Position numbers and translations under genes: made by a program
NCBI GenBank assembly: GCA_965644315.1
Contig: CBFFRQ010000057.1
Coordinates: 434,001-498,000, forward strand
Length of the DNA: 64,000 nucleotides
Source of the DNA: Caecitellus pseudoparvulus
Lineage: Eukaryota > Protista > Bigyra: Bicosoecida
Direction of reading: 5' to 3'
In this document: one piece after another, positions 51,699-63,272 of the stretch
Layout of the letters: each line of letters starts with the position of its first letter
Position numbering within the stretch: the first letter of the stretch is position 1
The notes under the pieces: generated by a model
Told to the model about the DNA's origin: nothing
Database searches by the model: none
The model's input: only the letters and a program-made list of their open reading frames with translations

Positions 51699-52888
51699 AT
51701 GGACGCAACCATTGACCGTGTTCTATCCCAGTCTGTCGCAGGGAACGTCTCTGCGGCAGCTGCAGGGACCAAGGCAGCGCTGCAGTGCGTGCTGGTAACG
51801 TGTGCCTCAATTTCCGCAGGTGCCCACTCACGCCCCACCCCCCCTGCCACCTCAGAGCCCCCACTGACCACGGCGAGGGGCAGCCCAAGAAGCGCTGGAG
51901 CCTCGAAGACTTTGACATTGGGCGGCCGCTGGGCAGGGGCAAGTTCGGCAACGTTTACCTGTGTCGCGAGAAGCGCAGCAAGTTCATCGTGGCGTTGAAG
52001 GTGCTGCACAAGGCTCAGCTGGCCAAGGCTGGCGTGGAGCACCAGCTGCGGCGGGAGATCGAGATCCAGAGCCACCTGCGACACCGCAACATCCTGCGCC
52101 TGTACGGGTACTTCTGGGACGAGAAGCGCGTGTACTTGATCCTGGAGTACGCGCCCAAGGGGGAGCTGTACCGGGAGCTGGTGCGGCGCACGCGCTTCTC
52201 AGAGCGCCGGGCAGCGCAGTACGTCGCGTCCCTGGCGCGCGCCTTGAAGTACTGCCACACCAAGCACGTCATCCACCGCGACATCAAGCCTGAGAACCTG
52301 CTGCTGGGGTACAAGGGTGAGCTGAAGATCGCCGACTTCGGCTGGTCCGTGCACGCGCCTTCCTCCCGCCGCCGCACTCTGTGCGGCACCCTGGACTACC
52401 TGCCGCCGGAGATGATCGAGAACAAGGCCCACGACCACAACGTGGACGTGTGGAGCCTGGGAGTGCTGGCGTACGAGTTCCTGGTGGGCAACCCGCCCTT
52501 CGAGGCGGAGGGGCACAGCGAGACGTACCGCCGCATCATCAAGGTGGACCTGCGCTTCCCTGCACACGTGTCCCCCGAGGCGCGCCTGTTCATCCGCAAG
52601 CTGCTGGTGAAGGACCCCAGCCAGCGCCTGCCCCTGGACCAGGTGGCTTCCCAGCCGTGGGTGGTGAAGCACTTGAAGGCGGCTCGCGACGCCAAGCTGG
52701 CTGCAGGGAGCAAGGGCCGGGCCACGACTCAGGTCGTCTCCCACACGCGCAGCGTCACAGGCGGCGTGGCGGCGGCGGCGGCGTCGGCCGGCAAGGTGCC
52801 TGCCATGGTGGCCCCTGCAACCGTTGCAGGCAAGGCGGCCGCCGCCCGTGTCCCGGCACACCTCCGCCCAGGGGGCTTGGCAAGGTGA
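51699..52888 (+). CDS. Aurora kinase
   Basis: [76 protein letters not shown]; intron 51785-51855 restores frame from ATG 51699. Confidence 0.96.
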
Positions 52889-52983
52889 GGCGGCGCGCGG
52901 GCGGAGCGGGGGACGGGGGGGTAGCGTGTGCTCAGTTCGGCTTGCGCCCAGCTTGGTCCGCGGCAATGCATTCCCACCCACCC

Positions 52984-55254
52984 TCACGCCTGCACGGCCA
53001 GTCCGGCAGCCTGTGTCTGCGCCACCCCCTCCATGGCCGCCTGCCCACTCTGCTGCGCGCTTGCGAGGGCAGCGGCGGCAGCTGAGGCGGCGGCCTCTGG
53101 AGGCATGGCTGCCCAGGCACTGGTGAAGCTGCTGACACCCTCGTCCGTCCGCGGCACCTTGGGAGGCGGCGGCGCCAGCACCGCTCGCCCGTCCCATGCC
53201 GTGGGCAGAGGGTGCGCCGCCACGACACCCCGTGCCCGCTGACTGGCCTGGTGGCGGGCCCGCCGCCGCTGGGGCGTGTCCAGCGGCACGGACGCGCCTT
53301 CCTCCCCTCCCTGCTCCTGCACGCTGGCGGCAGCTGGCGGCACGGGGGGCAGGGGCTCACAGCCAAAGGTGCTCCACAGGGGTTGTCCGCCGGGGCCCAC
53401 ACGGTAAGGGTTGCGGGCTAGCACGTCAGCTGCCGTGTCAGGCTGCTGCTGCCTGCTGCTGGTGCTGTGCCTGGCCCGGCTGCGTTTGGAGCGCCGGATG
53501 GGGTCCCCGCCGCTCCCTGGTGTGGGTGTGGGTGTGGCTGACGTGGCTGGTGAGTCACCGCCGCCCCCCTGTTCCGCCGTGTCCCCCCCCTCATCCTCCT
53601 CAGCTTGCACTTGCCGCTGCAGTGCGGCGGCGAAGGAGCGGCTGGCGATGAGGTGATTGTGCAGGGCAGCGGGGGCGACAGCCTGGCACCACAGCACCAC
53701 CGTTTCGCCCGCTGCAATGGGGTCGTACCGGTACCTGCGCAGGCGCCGACGGGAGGGCGCCCCTGGCTTCCTCAGGAGGGCCACCCGTCGCCGAGTGGCC
53801 ACTTCGAGGCCGAACGCCTCGCCATCCCCCGCTGGCCGCACGACCTTCATCTGCCCGTCCTCCAAAGCGTCTTGCTGCTTCTCGTACGCAGCCAGCTTGG
53901 CACGGCGGGCTTCCCAGGAGCGCGCGGCAGCCTTCAGCCCCTCTCGCGGTGCCAAGTGCCACGGCGTGAAGCGCTTGCGCCGCCGTGCTGCCGTCATGCT
54001 GGCCTCACGCTGGGAGCGCTGCAGGGCCAACTTGCGCAGCATGGCACGGGCGCGCTCTTCAGCCAGGCGCTGGTCCCGGGCCTCCTCTGACTCCAGCGCC
54101 AGCAGGACAGCCTGGGCGGTGGTGCCCAGGCGCTCAGCGGCGGCCCGGGCCACCTCCATGGGCGGGTCCTGTGGCAGGTGCATGGCCTTCAAGGCCTGCC
54201 TCTGTGTCTTGGTCAGGGACAGCGAGGCGTGCTCCATGCCTGCCCCCTGCGCCGCTGCCGCCTCCTTCTCAAGCTGCGCGCGCAGGGCAGGCTTGAGGCA
54301 CTGGCTGGAGCGCAGGCGGTCCAGCACCTCCTGCTGGTGCGCAAGGGACTCCTTGGCCTGCACAGGGGCGGTGCCGGCCGCCACCGCCTCCTCCTGCTCC
54401 TGCAGCTTGCGCATGAGGGCGGCGATGTCAGCCTCGTACTTGCGGTCCCGGGCACGGTAGTTGATGATGGCGGGCGGCACGTCCCGGCGGTGCTTGCCCG
54501 ACGAGCTGTACTCCAGCTCGATGCGGTACCGGCCCGGCTTGACGAAGACGGGCGCGCCGAAGTAGATGCTGCCCGTGCGGCGAAAGAAGTGCGACCGGTC
54601 CTGCACCAGCAACTCGTCCTCCAGGGCCGAGCCCTGGCCCGCCTGTGCCTCCTGCGCCGTGCTGGCCAGCTGCCACACCCGGAAGCGCAGCGTCTCGCCG
54701 GCCTTGAAAGGGTGCACCTTGCCACTGGGCACGTGCAGCAGGCGCACGGCGTGCCAGCCGCCCCACACGACGTCCTGGGTGACGTTGCGGCGGCTGCGGA
54801 TGTCCTTCTCGCCGGAGGCAGGCTCCGTCACGGTCTTGTACTTCGGGTCCTTCTTCATGAACTGCATGCGCCACTCCGACTCCCGGGCAGCTGCGGACAT
54901 GGGCAGCGGCTGGGGCACCTCCCGCACTGGCGCCGCTGGGCTGCCACCTTCGCCGCCCGTCTGCCCCGGTTCCTCGGCAGGCGTCGCGGTGGACGCGGGC
55001 GGGGGGGCAGTGGACGTGGGCATGAGGCCCACTGGGACATCCGCTGCGAAGGGCGGCTGGAACACGCCCTCTGCCGAGTTCAGCGCTGGAGCGCCGCTGG
55101 CACCATCGCTGCCTTGCGCCCGAAACCCGGGCTGCACGAGGAACGTCGCTGACAGCGCGCCCGTGCCCGGGGCAGGGTTCACCCGCTGGATGACAGGGAC
55201 GGAAGCAGGGGCACTGGCTTGTTCCTTGGACAGGGGGGCGTCTGAGCCTGCCAT
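52984..55254 (-). CDS. Hypothetical protein (small beta-rich domain, coiled coils, basic/low-complexity tail)
   Basis: Long ORF with GC3-biased codons filling the gap between Aurora and the ATPase; no family recognised. Confidence 0.65.
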   Translation of the reverse strand: MAGSDAPLSKEQASAPASVPVIQRVNPAPGTGALSATFLVQPGFRAQGSDGASGAPALNSAEGVFQPPFAADVPVGLMPTSTAPPPASTATPAEEPGQTGGEGGSPAAPVREVPQPLPMSAAARESEWRMQFMKKDPKYKTVTEPASGEKDIRSRRNVTQDVVWGGWHAVRLLHVPSGKVHPFKAGETLRFRVWQLASTAQEAQAGQGSALEDELLVQDRSHFFRRTGSIYFGAPVFVKPGRYRIELEYSSSGKHRRDVPPAIINYRARDRKYEADIAALMRKLQEQEEAVAAGTAPVQAKESLAHQQEVLDRLRSSQCLKPALRAQLEKEAAAAQGAGMEHASLSLTKTQRQALKAMHLPQDPPMEVARAAAERLGTTAQAVLLALESEEARDQRLAEERARAMLRKLALQRSQREASMTAARRRKRFTPWHLAPREGLKAAARSWEARRAKLAAYEKQQDALEDGQMKVVRPAGDGEAFGLEVATRRRVALLRKPGAPSRRRLRRYRYDPIAAGETVVLWCQAVAPAALHNHLIASRSFAAALQRQVQAEEDEGGDTAEQGGGGDSPATSATPTPTPGSGGDPIRRSKRSRARHSTSSRQQQPDTAADVLARNPYRVGPGGQPLWSTFGCEPLPPVPPAAASVQEQGGEEGASVPLDTPQRRRARHQASQRARGVVAAHPLPTAWDGRAVLAPPPPKVPRTDEGVSSFTSAWAAMPPEAAASAAAAALASAQQSGQAAMEGVAQTQAAGLAVQA

Positions 55255-55689
55255 GGCCTGCAGGCTGGCCTGATGCTGGCGTTCAAATGGTCCCTGCCCG
55301 AGCAACTTTGCAAGTGCTGCCAGGGCACTGGAGTAGCACCAGGAGCGCTGGGCAGCTCAAAAGTACAGGGCCACAAGACTGGATGCGGCGAGTGGCGTTG
55401 AATTGTCGTGAGCGGTTGTGCAGCAGGGGAGGAGTGGCACGCGCAGGGGCCGGGTCAATTTCCGCAACTTCGGCCTGGCTCCTCCCCTCAACTCCGCTCA
55501 GTGAGCAAAATGGCGGCCCAGGGTGCACAGCCAGGCAGACGCTCACAACGACGCTGCTTCATCGTCAGGCGAGGGGCACCCCCCTCGTTCACAGCAAGTG
55601 TGGCCTCAGCGCCGGTGGGCTTCAACACTCGCATTCACAGGCCGCTGCAGCCGGCGTCGTGCAGGGCCACCCCGCGGCCGCCCTGCACC

Positions 55690-58600
55690 ATGCAGGGCTT
55701 TGGGAGGGGCTCCAGCTCTGTGCAACTGGCTGTGTATGGAGTGGGTGATGTCGAGGGCGGGGGGCCAGGGTACACGCCGCTGCTTGGGCAGGAGCAGGCG
55801 ACCCGGGCAGCCAGCCAGGAAGCTGCAACCGGCGCGCAGCAGCTGCAGCGGGACATGGCCGTGTTGGAACGGCACCCAGACCGCAGTTCTAATTTTTCAC
55901 GGGGGCTAAGCTCTTACGAGGTGACTCACCGAAGGTGCGGCGGAGCTGTGTCGCAAGGTGCAGTGCAGGCAACCAATTTCCGCGGCTGCCCTGGGGTGGG
56001 CAGGATGCCGGCGCGGTCGCCGTGACGCGCTCTGCGGTGAGCTGCACACAGACCCCTGCACGCACCACAGGAATCAGTACGGGCCCAATGAAGTGGACAT
56101 GGCATCGCCGCCTTCCAAGCTGCAGGTGAGCCGGGCGCAGACCTTGCACTGCGTCTGCGACAGCTTGCTTTGGCACTTGAGCGTGGCCCCGCCTGTGATA
56201 CAGTTCCTGCACTTCCTGTGGGGGCCACTGCCAGCGATGATCTGGGCTGCCATTGGCATTGAAATCGTCAAGGGCGCTCTGACAGGTGCGTCGCGGGCGG
56301 GTGGACGGCCCTGCCGCGATTCACTACCTCGGCTGCAGTGCACGCAACACCCCCCTCCTGCACCATTTGCAGGGCAGGACTGGGAGGACGTGGGCGTCTT
56401 GCTGGCGCTGCAAGGCATGAACGCCGTCATTTCCTGGTACGAATCACGGACGGCAGAGCAGGCCATGACCACCCTGGCGTCGGCGCTGGCACCAACCTGC
56501 TTCGTCACCCGCGACGGCTCCTGGCAGCAGGTGCCGACGCGGGAGCTGGTGCCAGGCGACGTCATCGACGTGCGCCCGGGCAGCATCCTGCCTGCTGACT
56601 GCATCTTGCTGGGCAGCGACGACGACCACATCGTGCTGGACACATCTGCCCTGACGGGGGAGGCGCTGCCGCAGCCCAAGTACCACCACGAGAAGGTGTT
56701 CGCCAACTCCGTTGTGCGGCGTGGCGAGCTGCGGGCTGTCGTGGTGACGACGGGGCCCTCTGCAGGCCTCGGGGCTCTGAAGCCGTCAAGCGCATCGCAG
56801 ACTGCCGCGCCGCGCCTGCAGGCTGTCCTGTACCGCCTCTGCCTGGGCCTCTTGTGCGTGTCAGTGGTGCTGAACGGAGTCATCTTCCTGCGCCTGCTGA
56901 CACAGAGCGCGACGCAGAGCATCACACCAGAGCACGACCGGTGGCTCCACACACTCTCTGTCGTCGCTGTGCTGCTGGTGGCGTCAGCGCCCATCGCCGT
57001 GCAGGCGGTATGCACTGCCACCCTGGCAGTGGGGGCGCGCAGCCTGGCACGGCATGGCGCGGTGCTGTCTCGCCTGGAGGCCATCGAGGAGCTGGCGGGC
57101 ATGGACGTGCTGTGTTGTGCCAAGACGGGTGTGCTGACGAAGAACCAGGTGGAGCTGCACTCGGTGGTGGTCGTCGGTTCCTGCGAAGAGGAGGACATGG
57201 TGCTGTATGCAGCCCTGGCGTCGCGGCGGGAGGGGCAGCAGGATGCCGTGGACAGGTGCATCACGGAGGCCCTGCTGGCCCCTGGCCCACACGCACTGGA
57301 GCGCCTGAACGGCTTCCAGGAGGTGTCGTTTTCCCCCTTCGACCCCGCGACCAAGTGCACGTGTGCCACCCTGGTGTCCCCTGCTGTGACGGGCCCTGAC
57401 GGCACCTCCACCCGCCACCTGTTCCGAGTGGCCAAGGGAGCGCCCCAAGTCATCCTGTCCATGGTGCTGCACGACGAGCAGTCGGGGTACACTGCTGAGC
57501 AGCTGGAGATGCTGGAGGCACGCTGTGCCCGCACGACGCAGGAGCTCGCCGACCGTGGCCTGCGGGCTGTGGCCATGGCCATCAAGTACGCGATCAGAGG
57601 CGGCACGGCTGAGGCGGCCGGCGAGCCTGTGCAGTGGGAGGGCTGGGAGTTCGTGGGGTTCCTGGCCCTGCACGATCCGCCACGCGACGACTCGCGCACC
57701 ACCATCGCAGACGCCGTCGCCAGTGGGCTGGAGGTGAAGATGGTGACAGGGGACCTCACGGCGGTGGCCAAGGGGACGTGTGCCGCCCTGGGCATGGGCA
57801 CCAACGTCCTGCCTGCGCACCACCTCAGGTCCACCGCCAGTGGGTACGGCCTGGACCGGGGTGTCGCGCGGCTGGTCATGCAGTGCCACGGCATCGCGGA
57901 GATGTCCCCTGCCGACCGAGCCACCGTCGCGGCGGGGCTGCGGGAAGCCGGTCACGTCGTTGGCATGACGGGGGACGGCGTGGGGGACGCCGTCGCCCTG
58001 CAGCGGGCCAGCGTGGGCATCGCCGTCAGCGACGCGACGGACGCAGCCAAAGCTGCAGCAGACGTCATCCTGACGGCGCCGGGACTGGGCGTCATTGTGC
58101 GGGCGGCACACCGCGCCCGCAAGGTGTTCCAGCGCATGCGCAGCTACGTCACTTACCGTGTCGCCTGCTCCCTGAGCCTGCTGGCTTTCTTCTTCCTGGC
58201 AGTGACGGCGCTGGACCCGGACCAGTTCTACCAGCCCAACTTGAGCTGGGCGGACGCACATGCCCCAGCGGGCAGCACCTCCCGCAGCCTGGGCCCCAAC
58301 GCCCACCCGCAGTCCTTCACCCTGCCAGTCATCGCCCTCGTCATCCTGGCCCTGCTGAATGACGGCGCCATTCTCGCAGTGGCCTACGACAAGGTCACGC
58401 CACAGCAGGCGCCGGTCGGGTGGCGCCTGTGGCCCTTGCTCGGCACAGCCGCCGCCCTTGCCTTCGTGTCCACGCTGGGGGCCCTCATCCTCCTCGTCGC
58501 GGGCATGGCAGCCAATGTGCAGAACTCCGGCAGTTGGTTCGGGCGCCTGGTGGGGTCCCACGGGCACGCCTTCGTGACGTTCGGGGAGGTGCAGAGCATG

Positions 58601-59263
58601 GTGTACCTGCAGCTGTCCCTCAGCCACTTCGCCACCATCTTTGCCGCCCGTACGAGCTGGTTCTTCTTCCAGCGGCGCCCGGGCCGGGCTCTGCTGGCGG
58701 CGGCCCTCGTGGCCTGTGCCGGGGCCACACTCCTGGCACTGTTCTGGCCGGTGCCTGGGGCGGGGGCACGCCGAGGCACGGTCTTGTCGCGCCAGGGCGT
58801 GCGGTACGTGGACAACACGGCCGCCTTCATGGCGCCCCTGCAGCACTCGGAAGGCGCCGTCGGCACGGTGTGGGCGTGGGCCATCCTCGTCTTCCTGGCG
58901 CAGGACGCGTTCAAAGTCGTTGCAGGGTGGGCCATGGCGCGCATGGGCCCCCCTGAAGCCACACTCTCCGGCAGTCCAGGTGCAGCCAGCACCGCTGCCG
59001 TGTCCCTGCGCATGGCAGGGTACGAAGCGGCCCAGCGGCAGGAGGAGCGGGAGGTGGGCAGTGAGGGTTCTGCCCGGCGGCAGGATGCCATCCTGACGGC
59101 AGCAGGCAGTGTGCCTGCCCTGTCTGCGGGCGGCACTGCCGGCGCAGCTGAGCTGCGTGCGCTGCGCGGGCGTGTACGGGATTTGGAAGCTCGCCTGGAG
59201 CAAACGACAAGCCTGGTGAGCATGCTCATGCGGCAGGCCCAGGCCCAGACAGAGCACGAATAA
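55690..59263 (+). CDS. P3A-type plasma-membrane H+-ATPase homolog with degenerate catalytic motifs
   Basis: GLSSYEV..YGPNEV, ELVPGDVI, LEAIEELAGMDVLCC(A)KTG, FSPFDP, VAKGAPQVI, DPPRDDS, VKMVTGD, GMTGDG, ARKVFQRMRSY, LLNDG. Introns 55935-56070, 56126-56203, 56286-56372. Start uncertain (55510 is an alternative). Confidence 0.88.
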
Positions 59264-59393
59264 GGAGTAGAGTGCATTGGGGGGCGGCAGGGAGGGGGAG
59301 GCTGCCCCGCATGCGTGGGGATGCACGCATGCGGGGCTCAACCGCCAACCTCACGCTGCTGTGCAGCAGCAGTGCCAGCGGCACCCCTGCTTG

Positions 59394-60854
59394 CTACGAG
59401 GGAGGGGCAACTTGCCCACCGGACATGGCAGCAGGCGGAGGGCGCTCAGTGCAATCCATGACGCTTTCCCGCACGCCGTCAGGGCAGGAGCTCGGCGGGC
59501 TGTCCACCCCCGCCTTGGCGACTGGCTGCTGGCACATCGGCGTTGGCGGATCTTCGACCGGGCTGCGCTGGGCCGGTGTGCCGCGCACAGGGCCGTTTGG
59601 CCTCGTGTCAGGGGCTTTTGGAGCCTCTTCATGCCCTTTCGATGGGACCACGCCCTGTGACGCTGCCAGCAAGTGCTGCAGGCGCACCACGCCCGTGGGT
59701 TGCCGTTGGGGCATGTGGCTGTTGCCCACCAACGCCTGTGCCTGCTGCAGCAAGGCCATGAAACCGGGTAAGTTGCCGGCCTGGATGTAGGCGGCCTCCA
59801 ACACTGCCATGGCAACCTCAGACGGCCACAACTTCAAGAACTCCTTATCTGTGCAAGGCGGGTGCGGCGGAAAAAGCGTGCAGCCCTGACCCAAACCCAA
59901 CGGACTGCCGCCAGCGAGCAGCTCGCGACTGGCAACGCCTGGGGCTTCAGCAGCCGGCCACCCAGGCACTCACCTGTCTCCACTAATCTAATGAGAGGCT
60001 GCACAGCGCTGAGGGCTGCGGCAGCCTCGCTCCAAGGCATAAGGCAGTGCAGCAAACGCCGGATGAAGGCGATGGGGGTGAAGGACGCTGTGTTCCAATG
60101 CAAGCCCTTCACCAGCAGCTTCAGCTCCAAGACGCGGCACTCTGCAGCCGTGGCAAACGACCCAAAGTACTTCTCAATGTCCTTGCTGCGCACAACACGC
60201 TGCTCGTGCATCTTCGAGGCTGTCCAGATGCACACCAGAGCGGCCACTTGAAGCTGCTCCACGCCGATCTCCACCTCTGACAGGAAGCGGTCGAAGAACT
60301 GCACGGCGATGCTGCAGGTTTCGAAATCGAACTTGAACCCGTCGCAGACCTGCGCAGGGCGAGGCGGCGTCGCCGTGCATGTGGTGCGTCGTGCTGTGCT
60401 TTTCGATGGGCTGGGGCGTCATGCGGCTGACGGTGCCACCACGCCGCCGCCACAACAGAGGCGAGAACGGCCGCGGCAAGGAACACCCAGCGCCAAACGG
60501 GCCGAGGGGGGCTTTGTGCACATGTACATGCACCACTGCACCACCAACACCCCTGGCCAGCCCTCGGAACTCGCACAAACACCACTCAAAGCGAGTGCGG
60601 CGGCCAAGGGAAAGTCCCTCAGGCGCCCGCCCCCGCGGTGCCTGCGCACGCACCTCGTGTATCCACTTCACCACCTGCTTATGCCAGCGAGGCAACAGCC
60701 TTCCCGTTCGCAAGGCAGCCTCCAGCTTTTCGTAGCTTGGCAGCGTCGCCTCTGAGCGCTCCCGGGAGAGGCAGGTACGCAGACTCCGCACCACTTCGAA
60801 GGGCTTGGCAGCGTACAGGGCAGCCTCCCAAGGAGCAGCCTCCTGGGCAGCCAT
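59394..60854 (-). CDS. Cyclin (D-like / cyclin N-terminal box)
   Basis: HKQVVKWIHE|VCDGFKFDFETCSIAVQFFDRFLS, LQVAALVCIWTASKMHE, LELKLLVKGLHWN..TP; intron 60350-60653 plus a second short intron. Confidence 0.85.
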
Positions 60855-61167
60855 AGTGCACAGGTGGCCTAGTGGCCCAAGGTGCCGGCTCCAGGGGCGC
60901 TTGGTGCTCGTCAGGGTGCGGGGTGCGGCCCCTGTGTTCACTGTCGTGGCGTGTCTCACCTGCACGGGCTGCCGTGACACGCTGCCCGGGCTTTCCGAGT
61001 TCAGCTGCACCCTGCGTCAGTGGGCGCTGGGCAGTGGTCCGGAAAGGCTCAAATCGCATGTGCACGATCTTTCTTTCATTCTTGTGGAGCGATTCGTCCT
61101 GTTCCTGGCCGTGACTCTGTGCAGGGTCCACCTACCCCCCCCCATCACGCCTCAGCGTTTCACCGTC

Positions 61168-61558
61168 ATGCAGCCTGGGCAGTCCCAAGCTGGCGCTGCC
61201 GCGCCCAAGAAGGGCGAGGGCAAGAAGCTGACAAAGTGAGTGCCTGGAACCCTTCAGTAGACCCGCGTGCTGCATCTTGCACCGCGTGTCCCCGCTCTCT
61301 GCTCCCTGCAGGTCGACGTGAGTGGAGGAGAACATGAAACGCCGGCGCAACACGCTGCACCTGCACCACCCCTGCACGCCCTGCCCCCCCTCCCTCCCGC
61401 ACAGGACTTCATTCGCGGCTCTTGCGTCCACTGTCGGTGGTCTCTTTGACCGCAGCAACGAGCAGGTGCAGAAGACACAAGACATCATCGTCAATGGCGG
61501 CTTCTTCGTCCTGTCTTGCTACATCATCTACCAATACGGGCACAAGCTGGCCGTCTAG
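61168..61558 (+). CDS. Small C-tail-anchored membrane protein, TOM5-like (3 exons)
   Basis: Exons 61168-61235, 61312-61317, 61405-61558 join in frame. The C-terminus IIVNGGFFVLSCYIIYQYGHKLAV resembles the plant TOM5 TM/tail from memory; this family call is weak. Confidence 0.5.
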
Positions 61559-61877
61559 AGGCCCTGCACCGGACGGCCGCGGCGCGACAAAGCGGTGGCC
61601 GGCGGCCCAGCACCTCCCTCACTGTGTGCGTGTGCGTGCGGGCAGCCCCGAGAGGCTCGCCTTGTGGGCAATCAAGGCAGCCAGGTGCAGGCCCCCCCCC
61701 CGGGCACCTTAGCACTCTGGGCCAACGGGGAGGGGGGGGGGAGCAAGCTGTGTGCCATATCACATTCATCTTCCATGCAGTACGGGGCCCTTCCCCGCTA
61801 CCAATGCATTGACCCCCACCCAAGGTTAGCGAGTTATCCTGCTGCGTGCCAGTGGGAGGGAGCCACGCCAGCCAACC

Positions 61878-63142
61878 ATGGCTGCAGCGTCAGGGACCGG
61901 CGCGAAGCGCCTTCTGACCATCAAGTTCAGCCACTACAATGGTGCGCTGGCAGACGCGCAGCCGCAAATGTCGCGCGGCCCGATGCGGAACTTGTCCCCG
62001 CTCATGCACCTCCCCCATCGCCACTCACAGAGGCTGCACGGTGGGCCATGGACCGCTGCGGGGTGGCATACGCAGAGGAAGCGTACCTTCCCATGTTGCA
62101 CATGCCTGGCGTGTGGTGGAGCACCCTGGGCTGGACTGGGCGCCAAGCCAGCAACGTTTCCTCATCCTTCTCCACGCCCCTGCTCATGCTGCCTGGCGAG
62201 TCGCCTCAGCTGCTGCACAGCAGCATTGGCATTGTGCAGTACGCAGACGAGCACCGCAGTGAGGGGGCACCGAGCCTCATGGCTGGCGCGCCCACGCCGG
62301 GTGTGCCTTCGCAGCAAGAGGCGGCCCTTTTCACCTGGCTGCGTGAGCACTTGAGCCCCGCACCGCCAACCCAGCAACCCGTGCCGGATGCGCCCCTCCC
62401 AGAGCACAAGCACCCTGGCCTGGCGGGCCTGGCCACCTGCGATGCCTGGGATGCCGCCACGCTGCCTGATGTGCCAGAGGCTGTCCTGGCTGCACTGCCG
62501 CCTCCTGCGCAGCGGACTCTGGCCCACCCCTGCGCCACCCCGCCAACGCGCCTGCCCCTGGAGACGGAGCCAGCCAACCTGGAGGGCCTGGACGCCCTGG
62601 CCCTCATGCAGCACATGCACGACCGTGTCGGGCCGCTGTCCAGGCGGGCGGGCTACCACGAAGTGTTCCGGCAGCCTGGCCTGTTCGGCAAGCTCGCCGC
62701 CGCCAACGTGGCTGGCCTCCAGGCCTGGATCGCAGCCTCCCCCGCCCAGACCCTCATCATCCAGGGGGTGCGCAGCCTGAACATCAACGCCGCATCAGCA
62801 GCCAAGGCCCGCAAGCACCTGCTGGCGGAGTTCGAGGCCGTGGGGCGCCGGCTGGAGGCGGGGGGGCCCTTCCTCTGCCCGGGCGGCTTCGGCGCGGCTG
62901 ACCTGTACTGGGCGGCCATGGTGGCGCCTGCCTTGATGGTGCAGCCTGGGGAGGGCATGGGGGCGGTGTACCCCTGGGACGACCTGGCCGAGGAGTTCAA
63001 GGAGTACGCCCTGACCCTGCGGGGGAGCCTGGCTGGGCGCCATGCCCTGGCCTGCTTCGCGTTGTATCGCCACGCGTACTTGCAAGTGCCTGCGGCAGCA
63101 GCGACGGGGGGGGAGGGGGGCAAGCCAGACGCAAAGCTGTGA
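61878..63142 (+). CDS. Glutathione S-transferase-like protein
   Basis: LLTIKFSHYN|EAARWAMDRCGV-Y-EE-YLP (thioredoxin-like GST N-domain), STPLL, HSSIGIVQYAD; C-domain LEAGGPFLCPGGFGAADLYWAAMVAP; one intron near 61942-62030. Confidence 0.8.
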
Positions 63143-63272
63143 TGAGGGCAAATGAAACACCCCCACCGTTTCACCACCCCTGCCCGTCCTGCCCGTCCTG
63201 CGCCGTCCAGTGAACGGAGTTGTGTCGGCTCCGCAGGTGAGCAGCAGCACCCCACCACGCCATCGTCGCACC

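Noticed and set aside
28046-56372. Several introns are 3n and stop-free (69, 69, 69, 78, 87, 93 nt)
   Set aside because: They make up about a third of the introns I delimited, as expected by chance, and stops are rare at this GC. The introns share no sequence similarity, so they are not introner elements.
50251-60854. Apparent cell-cycle cluster (two cyclins and Aurora kinase)
   Set aside because: The first cyclin is of the transcriptional T/K/L type and unrelated genes intervene; chance proximity is sufficient.
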